The notes beneath the pieces are model-generated. The model did no database searches. It was not told the DNA's origin and saw nothing but the letters and a program-made list of their open reading frames with translations. 64,000 bases of DNA. Source: Opitutia bacterium. Lineage in GTDB: Bacteria > Verrucomicrobiota > Verrucomicrobiia > Opitutales > JABJCN01. A program made the translations under genes and the position numbers. The stretch spans positions 5,605 to 69,604 of the forward strand of contig JAYPDO010000001.1 in NCBI GenBank assembly GCA_038125285.1. The letters run 5' to 3'. Below are positions 25,499-36,913 of this stretch, piece by piece. Positions within the stretch are counted from its first letter, which is position 1; every line of letters begins with the position of its first letter.

Positions 25499-27616
25499 AT
25501 GGAACTCCAAAAAACCCTCCAGGACAACTTCGGCCTCGACGGCTTCCGACATCCCCAGGAAGAGATCATTCGTGGGATCCTGGACGGGAAGGATACCTTG
25601 GTCATCATGCCCACAGGCAAAGGCAAGTCCCTTTGCTACCAATTGCCATCGATCCTGCTCCCTGGAGTCACAATCGTCATTTCGCCACTCATCGCCCTGA
25701 TGAAGGACCAGGTCGACGCACTGGAAGCCAAAGGCATCCCGGCTTCCTGCATCAACAGTTCCATCTCCCAACAAGAACAATATGCTGAACTCGACCGCAT
25801 CCGAGTCGGCGAAGTAAAGATTGTCTACATCGCACCGGAACGATTCCGCAACAAAGGTTTCTTGCGGGCTCTAGACGGCATGAACGTCTCCCTCATGGCC
25901 ATTGACGAAGCCCACTGCCTCTCCCAATGGGGGCATGATTTCAGGCCTGATTACCTGAGACTCGGCAAAGCCGTGGAGATACTCGGCCGCCCCACCGTCG
26001 CCGCATTGACAGCGACAGCCACTCCCGATGTCCGCCAGGACATCCTGGACACCTTGAAACTCCGCGACCCGGCCCTTCACATTTCAGGGTTCGCCCGCCC
26101 CAATCTCGCCTTCAATGTCCGCTCCGTCAGCAACATGGAAGCCAAGTACGGCCACATCGAGGAACTCATCCAAAAGCACCAAAACGGCATCGTCTACTGC
26201 GCCACCCGCAAGAGTGTCGAACGGGTTTCCGACCGGCTCCATGCCGCCCAAATCGACCACATTACCTACCACGGCGGCCTCTCACCCGAAGAGCGCGACA
26301 CCATGCAAAACCGCTTCATCCAAAGGGAGGTCAACATCGCCGTCGCCACCAATGCCTTCGGCATGGGAATCGACAGGCCGGACATCCGCTTCGTCGCCCA
26401 CTTCGAAATCCCCGGCAGCATCGAAGCCTACTATCAGGAAGCTGGCCGCGCAGGACGGGACGGACAGCCCAGCACATGCGAACTCCTCTTCAACTACGCG
26501 GACAAAGGCGTGCAGGAACGTTTCGTAGAAGGCAGCAACCCGCCCATCGAGGTCATCCAAGCGGTTTACCAACTCCTCCGGCAAAAGCAGGACAACAACC
26601 ACGAAGTCCACATGTCCGCCGACGAGATCCGCGACCACCTCGGCCCCGGCACCAACCCCATGGCCATCCACACCGCCATCAGCGTCCTCATGCGCAACCA
26701 TGCCATCGACCGCTTTGACATCCCCGGCCAACGCCGCAGAGGCACCCGCCTCCTGCAACCAGACCTGCTCCCCTCGCAACTCCCCATCGATACCGCCGCC
26801 CTCGCCGAGAAAGCCCAACGCGACCACGCCAAGCTGAACTCCATGCTCAAGTTCGCCTACTCGCGGGGTTGTCACCAACAATGGGTCCTCGACTACTTTG
26901 GCGACCCGGAGGCCAAAGCCTGCGGCGAGTGCAACGGCTGTACCAACAACCCCATCGGCGACTACCGAGAACCCGCCAACGACGAAGAGCGCGACACCGT
27001 CCGCAAAGCCCTCAGCGGCGTCTGCCGCATGTCCCGAAAAGATTGGGAAGGCAATTACGAACCCATCTTCGGACCCAAACGCATCATCCAAATGCTCGTC
27101 GGCGACCCCAATGCCGACTCCGACCGCTTCCAAGCCTCCTCCCTTTCTACCTTCGGCCTGCTCAAAGCCCAAGGCGAAACTTACGTCCGCGCCCTCTTCA
27201 ATGCCATGGAAGAAGAAGGCCTCCTCGCCTACGAAAAGAAAGAAAACTTCACACTTCTCGCCATCACCCAAGCCGGCCTGGACGCCATGCGCGGCTTCAC
27301 CACCTTCCGTCTCTCCTGGCCCCAACCAAAGGTGACAAAAAAGAAGGCGACCTTAGCCAAGCCCGCCCTCGACCACTCCGCCCCCAACCTCAACATCGAC
27401 GGCGACATCCTCGAACAACTCAAAAAGAAACGTGCCCAACTCGCCGCCATCCAGGGCAACATCCCCCCCTTCCGCATCTTCTCCAACGCCGTCCTCCAAG
27501 ACCTCGCCGCCATCCGCCCCCAAACCCCAGAAGAAGCCATGGAAATCAACGGCATCGGCGAAGTCAAAGCCCGCAAACTCTTCCCCCACTTCAAGGAGAT
27601 TTTGGCCAAAGGATAG
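25499..27616 (+). CDS. recQ: ATP-dependent DNA helicase RecQ
   Basis: FGLDGFRHPQEEII, MPTGKGKSLCYQLP, DEAHCLSQWGHDFRPDY, ATNAFGMGIDRPDIRFV and YYQEAGRAGRDG motifs, plus a C-terminal HRDC domain. Confidence 0.95.
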   Translation: MELQKTLQDNFGLDGFRHPQEEIIRGILDGKDTLVIMPTGKGKSLCYQLPSILLPGVTIVISPLIALMKDQVDALEAKGIPASCINSSISQQEQYAELDRIRVGEVKIVYIAPERFRNKGFLRALDGMNVSLMAIDEAHCLSQWGHDFRPDYLRLGKAVEILGRPTVAALTATATPDVRQDILDTLKLRDPALHISGFARPNLAFNVRSVSNMEAKYGHIEELIQKHQNGIVYCATRKSVERVSDRLHAAQIDHITYHGGLSPEERDTMQNRFIQREVNIAVATNAFGMGIDRPDIRFVAHFEIPGSIEAYYQEAGRAGRDGQPSTCELLFNYADKGVQERFVEGSNPPIEVIQAVYQLLRQKQDNNHEVHMSADEIRDHLGPGTNPMAIHTAISVLMRNHAIDRFDIPGQRRRGTRLLQPDLLPSQLPIDTAALAEKAQRDHAKLNSMLKFAYSRGCHQQWVLDYFGDPEAKACGECNGCTNNPIGDYREPANDEERDTVRKALSGVCRMSRKDWEGNYEPIFGPKRIIQMLVGDPNADSDRFQASSLSTFGLLKAQGETYVRALFNAMEEEGLLAYEKKENFTLLAITQAGLDAMRGFTTFRLSWPQPKVTKKKATLAKPALDHSAPNLNIDGDILEQLKKKRAQLAAIQGNIPPFRIFSNAVLQDLAAIRPQTPEEAMEINGIGEVKARKLFPHFKEILAKG

Positions 27617-27764
27617 AAGTGGGGACGTAATTGACCGCATTGACTGGAGGGACGACACTTCCTCATGAATGAAGTCAATAAGGTCAAAGCACCCTCAGGG
27701 CAAACAGGGAAGGGCAAGCCCAACAGGTTCAAACGCTGCGTTGGTAGCAGTAAAATAGCAGCCC

Positions 27765-29312
27765 TCAGTAAAATAAATTCCGGTCCAAGCTGCGGTATTG
27801 GATGGCTTCGAGGAGATGGGCGGTGCCGATAGTTTGGCTGCCGTCGAGGTCGGCGATGGTTCGGGCGACTTTGAGGATGCGGTCGTAGGCGCGGGCGGAG
27901 AGGGAGAGGTCTTCCATAGCGCGCTGGAGCATGTCGCCTTCCGCTTTGCCGATTTGGCAATTTTGCTGGATCTGGCGGTGTTGCATCCGGGCGTTGCAGG
28001 TGGTCGGGGTGCCTTGGAAACGGGTGGTTTGGATGGCACGGGCGTTGGAGACGCGGTCGCGGATGGAGGAAGAGGTTTCGCCGGGCCGGGTGGAGCGAAG
28101 TTCGTCAATGCCGAGGGACGGGACTTCGATGTGGAGGTCGATCCGGTCCAACAAGGGCCCGCTGATTTTGGAGCGGTAGCGTTGGACTTGTTGGACGCTG
28201 CAACGGCATTCGTGGCGGGGGTCGCCGAGGTAGCCGCAAGGACAGGGGTTCATTGCAGCGACAAGCATGAAAGAGCAAGGCAATGTGACTTTTCCAGCGC
28301 TCCTGGAGATGGTGACTTCTCCGTCTTCGAGGGGTTGGCGTAGGACTTCGAGTGCGGAACGTTTGAACTCTGGGAGTTCGTCCAGGAAGAGGACGCCGTT
28401 GTGGGCAAGGGAGATTTCCCCTGGGCCCGGGATGGAGCCGCCACCAAGGAGGCCGACGTCGCTAATCGTGTGGTGCGGGGACCGGAAGGGGCGTTCAAAG
28501 GCGAGGCCGTCGCCTTTGAGGGTCATCCCGGCGGAGGAATGGATGCTGAGGATTTCCAGGAATTCGTCCCGGATCGGGGTGGGCATGATGGAGGGGATAC
28601 GTTTGGCAACCATGGACTTCCCTGCCCCAGGCGGCCCGATCATCAGGAGGTTGTGCCCGCCGGCAACGGCGACTTCCAAGGCACGGCGCAAAGGTTCCTG
28701 GCCTTTCACATCGGAGAAATCCAGCCCGGCGTAGGCCTCCAGGCAAATTGCCTCGGGCTCTGTCGCCTTCATCCTGGGCAATTCGGCATCCGGTTCTGTA
28801 AAAAACCGGAAGACGGCATCCAGGGACTTTGCCACGTAGATTTCCAAGCCCTCGCCGACCAAGGCGGCTTCCTTGGCGGTGACTTCGGGAAGGATGACGC
28901 CCTTCTTGCCTTCCTTTGCGGCAAGGCGGGCCAACATCAACCCGCCCTTTACCCCCCGCACTTCGGAAGACAAGGCCAGCTCCCCGGCCACCAAGTAATC
29001 TTGGGGTTCACGGGGCAAGTCCGCCCTCCCGACCATGGCCAGGGCGGCTCCCAATGCGATGGGCAGGTCGAAGCTCGGGCCTTCCTTGCGAAGGTTCCCT
29101 GGGGCGAGGTTGATGGTCGTGCGGGTGTAGGGCATCTGGAGCCCGGAGTTGGACAGGGCGGAGAACACGCGGTCACGGGATTCTTTCACCGCCGCATCCG
29201 GCAACCCCACCATCACGAATCCCAAGTCACCGATTTCGCCAGTGTTGACCTCGACTTCCACAGGCAACGCCTCCACCCCCAGCAACGTCCCTGAAAACAA
29301 ACGGGTAAACAT
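27765..29312 (-). CDS. comM: YifB/ComM family Mg-chelatase-like AAA+ ATPase
   Basis: [23 protein letters not shown] start (ATG at 29312). GPPGAGKSM Walker [12 protein letters not shown] Walker B. C-terminal [18 protein letters not shown]. Confidence 0.9.
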   Translation of the reverse strand: MFTRLFSGTLLGVEALPVEVEVNTGEIGDLGFVMVGLPDAAVKESRDRVFSALSNSGLQMPYTRTTINLAPGNLRKEGPSFDLPIALGAALAMVGRADLPREPQDYLVAGELALSSEVRGVKGGLMLARLAAKEGKKGVILPEVTAKEAALVGEGLEIYVAKSLDAVFRFFTEPDAELPRMKATEPEAICLEAYAGLDFSDVKGQEPLRRALEVAVAGGHNLLMIGPPGAGKSMVAKRIPSIMPTPIRDEFLEILSIHSSAGMTLKGDGLAFERPFRSPHHTISDVGLLGGGSIPGPGEISLAHNGVLFLDELPEFKRSALEVLRQPLEDGEVTISRSAGKVTLPCSFMLVAAMNPCPCGYLGDPRHECRCSVQQVQRYRSKISGPLLDRIDLHIEVPSLGIDELRSTRPGETSSSIRDRVSNARAIQTTRFQGTPTTCNARMQHRQIQQNCQIGKAEGDMLQRAMEDLSLSARAYDRILKVARTIADLDGSQTIGTAHLLEAIQYRSLDRNLFY

Positions 29313-29419
29313 GATCAGAATTCCAAAACTCGCCCGCACCTTCGGAAAGTGCCTTGGTTGTGGCAAAGGAAAAATTGACTCAAAATTCACGGCTACCATG
29401 GTTCAGCTCCCAACCAAAC

Positions 29420-29989
29420 ATGAAACTTGGCCTGACAGGCGGCATCGGCTGCGGTAAATCGGAAGCACTCCGGATCTTCGGGGAAGCCGGTTGGAGGACA
29501 CTGTCCACAGACTCCATCGCCCGGGATTTGTTGGATAGGAACCAAGGGGTTCGATCAGCGGTAATGGAGGAATTCGGTACACTGGAACGAAAGGAAATCG
29601 CGGTACAGGCCTTCCGCGAAAAAGGGAAAAAAGCGGTGCTCGAAGGCATCCTCCACCCAAGGATCAACCGACATTGGAGAGATGCTCTGGAAAAAGCACC
29701 TGAAGACAACTGGGTGGTGGAAATTCCCTTGCTGGTCGAAAAAAGGCTTGAAACCCACTTCGATTTGGTAGTTTGTGTAATCAGTTCCCCTGGGATCCAG
29801 CTCCAACGCCTCGTGCAACGGGGAATGGCCCGGGAAGACGCCTTGGCTCGAATGGCCAACCAGGCACCCCTCCCTGAAAAAATTGAAAAATCGGACATCG
29901 TCCTGACCAACAACGGTTCAATCAGTTTTCTGGAAGCCCAAATCCGCAAGTTATGCCAGGGTTTTGGTATTCCGCCTTTACCTCGCTGA
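29420..29989 (+). CDS. coaE: Dephospho-CoA kinase
   Basis: MKLGLTGGIGCGKS P-loop start (ATG at 29420). IPLLVEKRLE. Confidence 0.9.
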   Translation: MKLGLTGGIGCGKSEALRIFGEAGWRTLSTDSIARDLLDRNQGVRSAVMEEFGTLERKEIAVQAFREKGKKAVLEGILHPRINRHWRDALEKAPEDNWVVEIPLLVEKRLETHFDLVVCVISSPGIQLQRLVQRGMAREDALARMANQAPLPEKIEKSDIVLTNNGSISFLEAQIRKLCQGFGIPPLPR

Positions 29990-30067
29990 TCCAACTCTCC
30001 CTCATCCCACTAACCCACGGCTGCCAGAGCCAGCAAATCTTTCTTCCCCCCAACCAGCCATCCCCGC

Positions 30068-31834
30068 ATGAGAAACCAAGATGATGATACGCCCGGCAAC
30101 AACGCCGACCCAAAGGACGAAGAATCCCCCAGCCACAAAGGGCAAGCAGTCATGAATTTCGACCCGGAAGATGTCCCTGACAACCCGATGCCCGATAAAT
30201 CCGCACGGGAAGACGACGAAGCGACTGAAAGGCCGAAAGCCCAGGATGAAAGTGGTGAAGCTGGTGAAGAGCCAGCCGAAGGTCAAAATAAGAACCGTCG
30301 CCGGAGGAAAAAGAAACCCGGGAATACAAACCCGCAACATGGCAACCATCAAAACCAAGGCGGCAACCAACAAGGTCAGGGCAAAAACAAAAAAAATAAC
30401 CGCCGCCCCTCCCGAGGTGATAAAAAACGCAACAAGTCCCAAGCCTTCTTCGCACGTTACCAGAACCAGGATAGCGACCCGGTTTACAACGCCGCCCTGG
30501 AATGGGAACCGGCCGAGAGCCTGGAAGCATTGGGCAACCTTATCACTGAAGTCTCCGACGAGAAAAAGGAACCCGTCAGCCTGGACCACCTCTACGGGCT
30601 TGACCTGGAATCCCTCATCGAAGCGGCACAAAAACTGGAACTCGAACTCCAGGCCTCCCAATCCCGCATCCAGATAATCAAGTCCTTGTTGGATCACTTT
30701 TTCGCTGACAAATCCCCGATCTTCGCGACCGGGATCCTTGAGCCGTTGGAAGACGGCAACGGCCTGCTCACCTACCAGAAGGACAGTTACCGCCTCCGAT
30801 CCCTGAACATCTTTGTCCCCAAAGCACTTGTCGACCGCTACGGCCTCCAGCATGGCCATGAGGTCTACTGCCAAGTCCATGGAGCCCTTCCGGAGGACTC
30901 TACCCCGATCGCCATAAAGGTCATCAACGTCATGGGGATGGATCCAGACGAAGTCGCGCACCTCCCGGCCTTCACGGACCTTGTCCCCTACTACCCGACC
31001 CAGCGGATCCTCATGGAGACCAAAAACGATGTCGATTGGGACAACCTCTCCATGCGGATCGTCGACCTAATCACCCCGGTAGGTTTTGGCCAACGCGGGC
31101 TGATCGTGGCTCCTCCCCGCACCGGGAAGACCGTCCTGATGCAAGGTATGGCCAGGGCGATCCAAGTCAATTACCCGGAAGCCCACCTGATCATCCTGCT
31201 GGTGGACGAACGCCCAGAAGAAGTCACGGACTTCCGCCGCCAAGTCACTGGGGAAGTCATCGCTTCCACCTTCGACGAGTCCCCAGAAAGCCACGTGCAC
31301 GCTGCCGAAATGGTCATCGAAAAATCCCGCAGGATGGTGGAAGCCGGAAGGGATGTGATCATCGTCCTGGACTCTATTACTCGCCTGGCCCGAGCCTACA
31401 ACACCGTGGTTCCCAGCAGTGGCAAGATCCTCACCGGAGGAGTGGAGGCCAACGCCCTTCAACTCCCCAAACGCTTCTTCGGCTCCGCCCGCAATATCGA
31501 GGATGGCGGCAGCCTCACCATCCTCGGCACCGCCCTTGTGGAAACCGGAAGCAAGATGGACGAAGTCATCTTCGAGGAGTTCAAAGGGACAGGAAACCAG
31601 GAACTCCACCTTGACAGGGGCTTGGTAGACAGGCGAATCTTTCCAGCCCTCAACATGGAAAAAAGCGGCACCCGGAAAGAAGAACTCCTCTACCACCCCG
31701 AAGAAATGCAAAAGATACACCTCCTTCGACGGGGCATGAAAGGCCAACCCACCCTTGATGCCATGGAGACCCTCATCAACCGGGTCAAAAAGACCAATAC
31801 CAACGCGGAGTTCCTGATGTCCATCAGCCGCTAA
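30068..31834 (+). CDS. rho: Transcription termination factor Rho with a roughly 170-aa low-complexity N-terminal extension
   Basis: Core motifs [38 protein letters not shown] and [15 protein letters not shown]. The N-terminus is rich in D/E, then R/K, then N/Q/G. Confidence 0.95.
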   Translation: MRNQDDDTPGNNADPKDEESPSHKGQAVMNFDPEDVPDNPMPDKSAREDDEATERPKAQDESGEAGEEPAEGQNKNRRRRKKKPGNTNPQHGNHQNQGGNQQGQGKNKKNNRRPSRGDKKRNKSQAFFARYQNQDSDPVYNAALEWEPAESLEALGNLITEVSDEKKEPVSLDHLYGLDLESLIEAAQKLELELQASQSRIQIIKSLLDHFFADKSPIFATGILEPLEDGNGLLTYQKDSYRLRSLNIFVPKALVDRYGLQHGHEVYCQVHGALPEDSTPIAIKVINVMGMDPDEVAHLPAFTDLVPYYPTQRILMETKNDVDWDNLSMRIVDLITPVGFGQRGLIVAPPRTGKTVLMQGMARAIQVNYPEAHLIILLVDERPEEVTDFRRQVTGEVIASTFDESPESHVHAAEMVIEKSRRMVEAGRDVIIVLDSITRLARAYNTVVPSSGKILTGGVEANALQLPKRFFGSARNIEDGGSLTILGTALVETGSKMDEVIFEEFKGTGNQELHLDRGLVDRRIFPALNMEKSGTRKEELLYHPEEMQKIHLLRRGMKGQPTLDAMETLINRVKKTNTNAEFLMSISR

Positions 31835-31877
31835 ACCCGACCACCCCCAATCGACAAACCTGGCTCCGGACCGCGCC

Positions 31878-33614
31878 ATGCATTTCACCTCCCCGGAAAC
31901 AGCCCTACAGTCAGTCCTCATGCACGGCCTGATTCCGGAGAACCACGTCGAACACATCCGCGAGAAGGTCGAAAGTGCGGGGGATTACTTGGACACGGAC
32001 ATGGGTGTCATCCAGGAACTCATCAATGAGAATACCCTGACCTGCGACCAAATCCGTGACTGCCTGGCCGAGGACTTCCACATGGACATCGTGGACCTCG
32101 ACGACGTTGAAATCTACCCGGAACTCCTCGACGCCCTCCGCCACCAAGACGAAACCACACACGAGTCACTCGCCCAACGCTACCATGCCTTCCCGGTCTA
32201 CATGGAGGACAACACCCTCTACATCGCCCTTGCAGACCCTACCAACATTGACGCCACGGACGACATTGGCCAGTACCTGGGCGTTGAAATCATCACTTAC
32301 CTCGCCAGTGCTGACCAACTCCGGGACTTCATCAACCGCTCCTACTCCTCGACTGGGGGCGAAAGTAGCCACACCCCGAATTTCGAGCAAACTACCCATG
32401 AGCTGGACAACCTCGACGTCAACCTGGACGACCTCGGGGAAGAGGACGCCGGCCCGATCGTCAAATACGTGCAAGGCCTGATCTCCGACTCTGTCCGCGG
32501 CCGGGCATCCGACATCCACCTCGAACCCATGGAGACCCGTTTCCGCGTCCGCCTCCGTGTGGACGGCGTCCTCCAAGAAATCGAAAACCCACCCAAGCGC
32601 CTCCAACCCGCCATCATCTCCCGCCTCAAGATCCAGGCAGGGGTAAGCATCGCTGAAAAACGCATCCCGCAGGACGGCCGGATCCAGACGGCTGTGGACG
32701 GAAAGCCCATCGACCTCCGGGTCAGCACTGTGCCCACCAATTTCGGCGAATCCATCGTCATGCGGATCCTGGACAAGGAGAGCCTCTCCATCGGCCTCCC
32801 CCAGCTCGGCTTCTTCTCCGACGACCAATCCACCTTCGAACGCATGATCAACATGCCAGACGGGATCTTCCTGGTCACCGGCCCCACCGGTTCCGGCAAA
32901 TCCACCACCTTGTACTCCGCCCTCAACGTCATCAACAAGCCCGACCGTAAGATCATTACCTGCGAAGACCCGGTCGAGTACCAGCTCAAGGGTATCAACC
33001 AAGTCCAGGTCCAACGGGAAGTCGGGATGACCTTCGGCGCCGCCCTCCGCGCCATGCTCCGCCAGGCACCCAACATTATCATGGTCGGGGAAATCCGGGA
33101 CAAGGAGACGGCGGAAATCTCCGTCAACGCCTCCCTGACCGGCCACATGGTCTTCAGCACCCTCCACACCAACGACGCCCCAAGTGCCGTCAGCCGGTTG
33201 GTGGACATCGGCCTCAAGCCCTACCTCGTCTCCGCATCCCTCCGCGGTGCCCTCGCCCAACGCCTGGTCCGGCGGATCTGCGACAATTGCAAGGAACCCT
33301 ACGACCCCGAGCCGTCCGAACTCAACTCCCTCGGGATCATGCGGGAACAAGCCTCCGAGGCCAACTTCATGCGTGGGCGCGGCTGCAAACGATGCCTCGG
33401 GACAGGTTTCAAAGGCCGGATGGGCATCTTTGAAATCTTCCTCGTGGATGACGAAATCGAACAAATGATCTACGAAAACGCCACCGTCGTCGACCTCCGG
33501 GACAAGGCCCGCGAGCTTGGCATGCGAACCCTCCGGGAAGACGGCGTCCGCAAAGTCCTCGCCGGACAGACCACCATCAGCGAGGTACTCCGCTCCACCG
33601 TAGTGAACCACTAG
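31878..33614 (+). CDS. GspE/PilB-family secretion ATPase (copy 1)
   Basis: N-terminal T2SSE_N/MshEN-like domain. [15 protein letters not shown] Walker A. MVGEIRD. STLHTND. Four-Cys motif CDNC...CKRC. Confidence 0.9.
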   Translation: MHFTSPETALQSVLMHGLIPENHVEHIREKVESAGDYLDTDMGVIQELINENTLTCDQIRDCLAEDFHMDIVDLDDVEIYPELLDALRHQDETTHESLAQRYHAFPVYMEDNTLYIALADPTNIDATDDIGQYLGVEIITYLASADQLRDFINRSYSSTGGESSHTPNFEQTTHELDNLDVNLDDLGEEDAGPIVKYVQGLISDSVRGRASDIHLEPMETRFRVRLRVDGVLQEIENPPKRLQPAIISRLKIQAGVSIAEKRIPQDGRIQTAVDGKPIDLRVSTVPTNFGESIVMRILDKESLSIGLPQLGFFSDDQSTFERMINMPDGIFLVTGPTGSGKSTTLYSALNVINKPDRKIITCEDPVEYQLKGINQVQVQREVGMTFGAALRAMLRQAPNIIMVGEIRDKETAEISVNASLTGHMVFSTLHTNDAPSAVSRLVDIGLKPYLVSASLRGALAQRLVRRICDNCKEPYDPEPSELNSLGIMREQASEANFMRGRGCKRCLGTGFKGRMGIFEIFLVDDEIEQMIYENATVVDLRDKARELGMRTLREDGVRKVLAGQTTISEVLRSTVVNH

Positions 33615-33699
33615 CAAGACAGAGGCCAGCGATATGATTTGCAGAGGTCAGAACTACTGTAACCACGAGCTAGGAAAAAAGAACCAATAAAACGCCCGA

Positions 33700-35388
33700 A
33701 TGTTCAAAGAGCACGACCAGACAGTCCTCGACATCCTGTACCAATGCGGTGCGGTGGACCTGGCTGCGCTCAAGCCCTACTTGGACGAGCGTGACCTGGC
33801 CGAGACGTCCGTCATCGACGTAGTCTTGCAAAACAACTTCCTTTCCCGAACCGACTTCTTCCAGTACATGGCCAACTACCTCGGCTATGACTACCTAGGA
33901 GACATGCCTGAGGAAATCGAGCAGTCCGTCATCTCCATGATCGAGCCGGAAGAGGCTCGCAGGTTGGGGGTAATCCCCATCGAGTTCGACGGCCAAACCC
34001 TCACCATCGTCCCCAAGGACCCCTTCAACTTCTCCATTTTCGACGAACTCCATTTCCAGCTCGACCTCCACATCGAAGTCAAGGTCACGGATCCCGACAT
34101 CGTCGATTCCGTGATGGACGAACTCTACGGCGAAGAAGAAAGCTACGACGACTTCCTGGCCAACATCGACTCCGACCTCCTGGACGGCCTGGACGAAGGC
34201 AGCGGCTCCGCCGACCTCGCTTCCCATGCCAACGAGAGCGCGGTCGTCCGCTTCGTCAACTTGGTGCTTGCCCAGGCCGTCCGAGACAAAGCCTCCGACA
34301 TCCACTTTGAGCCCTTCGAGGACGAATTCAAAATCCGCTACCGGATCGACGGTGCCCTCTACGAAATGGCCCCCCCGCCATTGACGCTAGCCATCCCCGT
34401 CATCTCCAGGATCAAAGTCCTTTCAGAGCTGAACATAGCAGAACGCCGCGTCCCGCAGGACGGCCGGATCAAGATCACCATTGAAGGCAGCCCCGTCGAC
34501 CTCCGGGTCAGCACCCTTCCCACCACCTTCGGGGAAAGCGTGGTCTGCCGGGTACTTGACCAGTCCGCAGTCAACCTGGACCTGGAAAAGCTCAGCATGC
34601 CCGCCAACATTATCAAAGGTGTTCGGGAGGCTGTCGACCGTCCAAACGGGATTTTCATCGTCACAGGCCCAACCGGCTCCGGTAAGACGACCACCCTCTA
34701 CGCCGCCCTCAAGGAGGTGAACAAGATCGGGACCAAGATCCTCACCGCAGAAGACCCGGTCGAGTATGAGATCGAAGGCATCGTCCAAGTCCCCGTGAAC
34801 CACGCCGTGGGCATGGACTTCGCAAAAGTCCTCCGTGCCTTCCTCCGTCAGGATCCGGACAAGATTATGGTGGGGGAAATCCGGGACCTGGAGACCGCCC
34901 AAATCGCCGTGCAGGCCTCCCTGACCGGCCACGTCGTCCTCAGCACCCTCCATACAAACGATGCCGCCGGGGCAGTAACCCGTCTCATCGACATGGGGCT
35001 GGAACCCTTCCTCATCGCAGCCTCCTTGGAAACCGTCCTTGCCCAGCGCCTAGTCCGGCGCGTTTGCAAAAACTGCAAGACCGCCTTCACGCCGGACAAA
35101 GACATGCTCGACCTCCTTCAGATCAACCCGACCGACATTGCGGGCAAAAGCTTTTACTACGGTAAAGGGTGCCGGGAATGCGCCAAGACCGGCTACAAAG
35201 GACGGCTCGGCCTCTATGAAATGATCAACGTTACTGATGCCATCCGCTTGCTCATCACCGACCGCGCCCCCACCATGGTAATCAAGAACAAAGCTATGGA
35301 ACAAGGCATGCGGACCATCCGCGAAGACGGCCTGCGAGCCATCCTCAACGGCGACACCACCGTCGAGGAAGTGCTGAAGTACACATAA
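33700..35388 (+). CDS. GspE/PilB-family secretion ATPase (copy 2)
   Basis: Same architecture as copy 1: [33 protein letters not shown]...CREC. It is clearly diverged from copy 1. Confidence 0.9.
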   Translation: MFKEHDQTVLDILYQCGAVDLAALKPYLDERDLAETSVIDVVLQNNFLSRTDFFQYMANYLGYDYLGDMPEEIEQSVISMIEPEEARRLGVIPIEFDGQTLTIVPKDPFNFSIFDELHFQLDLHIEVKVTDPDIVDSVMDELYGEEESYDDFLANIDSDLLDGLDEGSGSADLASHANESAVVRFVNLVLAQAVRDKASDIHFEPFEDEFKIRYRIDGALYEMAPPPLTLAIPVISRIKVLSELNIAERRVPQDGRIKITIEGSPVDLRVSTLPTTFGESVVCRVLDQSAVNLDLEKLSMPANIIKGVREAVDRPNGIFIVTGPTGSGKTTTLYAALKEVNKIGTKILTAEDPVEYEIEGIVQVPVNHAVGMDFAKVLRAFLRQDPDKIMVGEIRDLETAQIAVQASLTGHVVLSTLHTNDAAGAVTRLIDMGLEPFLIAASLETVLAQRLVRRVCKNCKTAFTPDKDMLDLLQINPTDIAGKSFYYGKGCRECAKTGYKGRLGLYEMINVTDAIRLLITDRAPTMVIKNKAMEQGMRTIREDGLRAILNGDTTVEEVLKYT

Positions 35389-35546
35389 GCCCTATCTGCT
35401 GATAATTTTTTACTATTCCCTATGCTCCCAAAGCCTCTTTTACACCATTGCAGGTACTGAAGAAATTGCAATTGGAGGGGCGAGTTTGCGAGTCCGTGAA
35501 AGGGTATAACTGTTCGCAGGCTGTTATATCGCCTAACTGAAGCGTT

Positions 35547-36911
35547 TCACCCCAAGATCCCGTGGACAAGCTCCCCGGCCACATCGGTCAGGCGGAAGTA
35601 GCGGCCTTGGTAGCGGAAGGTCAGGCGTTTGTGGTCGATCCCAAGGAGATGGAGCATGGTGGCATGGAGGTCGTGCACGGAGACCGGGTTTTGCTCGGTA
35701 TTGTAGCCCAGTTCGTCCGTCGTGCCAAAGGTAATGCCTGGCCGGATACCGCCCCCTGCGATCCAAAGGGAGAAGGCTTTCATGTGGTGGTCCCGTCCTG
35801 AACCTTGGGCCATTGGGGTGCGGCCAAATTCCCCTGCCCAGACGATGAGGGTGTCGTCGAGCATGCCGCGTTGTTTCAGATCCTGGACAAGTGCGGCGGA
35901 GCCCTGGTCGATGTGTTGGACGGTGGCCGGAAGGCCTTTCTCAATGCCCCCATGGTGATCCCATCCCCGGTGGTAAAGTTGGATGAACCGCACCCCGCGC
36001 TCGGCAAGTCTCCGAGCGAGAAGGCAATTTCCGGCAAAGGTCCCGTCCGCCCCTTTGGTGCCGTAGAGATCGAGGATGTGCTTGGGCTCGTTGGAAACAT
36101 CCATGAGGCCCGGGACGCTCATCTGCATGCGGAAGGCGAGTTCATACTGGCTGATGCGGGTGTCGATTTCAGGGTCGGGGACTTGCTTTCCCCTGAGGTG
36201 GTTCAGCGCGCTAGCCGTGTCTACGATGTCCCTTTGGTTGGCGACACTGACACCTTTTGGGTTCCGTACATAGAGGACGGGATCCCCGGTGGAGTTGAAA
36301 TGGACGCCTTGGTATTGCCCGGGCAGGAAACCGCTGTGCCATTGCCGGGAGGCGATGGGTTGGTTTTGGCCTCCGCCTGTGGAAGTCATGACGACAAAGC
36401 CTGGCAAATCCTGGGATGGGGAACCCAGGCCATAGAGGAGCCAACTCCCCATGGACGGACGGCCGCTAATGGTGGTCCCGGTGTTCAGGAACGTGTGGGC
36501 GGGATCGTGGTTGATTGCGCCAGTGTGCATAGAGCGGATGATGCAGAGGTCGTCCGCGACCTTGGGGATGAAGCGGAAGACGGTACTCATTTCCTGCCCG
36601 CTGGCTCCATGTTTTTTGAAGTCGAAGTAAGGGGCGCGGCAGGTCAGTGTTTTTCCCTGGAGCTGGGCGATCGGTTGGCCTTTGGTAAAGGATTCCGGCA
36701 TCGGCTGGCCATCGAGTTCCTTCAGCTTCGGTTTATTGTCGAAGGTCTCAAGGTGGGATGGGCCGCCGGCCATGTAGAGGAAGATGACCCGCTTGGCTTT
36801 GGCAATGAAGTGCTGCTGGGAAGGATGCGTATCCCCTGCTTGGAGGAGGTTGCCAAGTGCAATGCCGCCTAACCCGGCGGCAGTCTGGTGGAGGAAAGTC
36901 TGTCGGAGCAT
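35547..36911 (-). CDS. DUF1501 family protein
   Basis: The same conserved blocks as 2497-3936 (HRGWDHHG, FGRTP, GRDHH). N-terminus MLRQTFLHQTAAGLGG. The start is 2 nt after the upstream stop. Confidence 0.9.
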   Translation of the reverse strand: MLRQTFLHQTAAGLGGIALGNLLQAGDTHPSQQHFIAKAKRVIFLYMAGGPSHLETFDNKPKLKELDGQPMPESFTKGQPIAQLQGKTLTCRAPYFDFKKHGASGQEMSTVFRFIPKVADDLCIIRSMHTGAINHDPAHTFLNTGTTISGRPSMGSWLLYGLGSPSQDLPGFVVMTSTGGGQNQPIASRQWHSGFLPGQYQGVHFNSTGDPVLYVRNPKGVSVANQRDIVDTASALNHLRGKQVPDPEIDTRISQYELAFRMQMSVPGLMDVSNEPKHILDLYGTKGADGTFAGNCLLARRLAERGVRFIQLYHRGWDHHGGIEKGLPATVQHIDQGSAALVQDLKQRGMLDDTLIVWAGEFGRTPMAQGSGRDHHMKAFSLWIAGGGIRPGITFGTTDELGYNTEQNPVSVHDLHATMLHLLGIDHKRLTFRYQGRYFRLTDVAGELVHGILG

Positions 36912-36913
36912 GG

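Noticed and set aside
31878-35388. The tandem GspE/PilB genes as an assembly duplication.
   Set aside because: The two copies differ at a large fraction of residues even in the conserved ATPase core, and they have different N-terminal domains. They are genuine paralogues.
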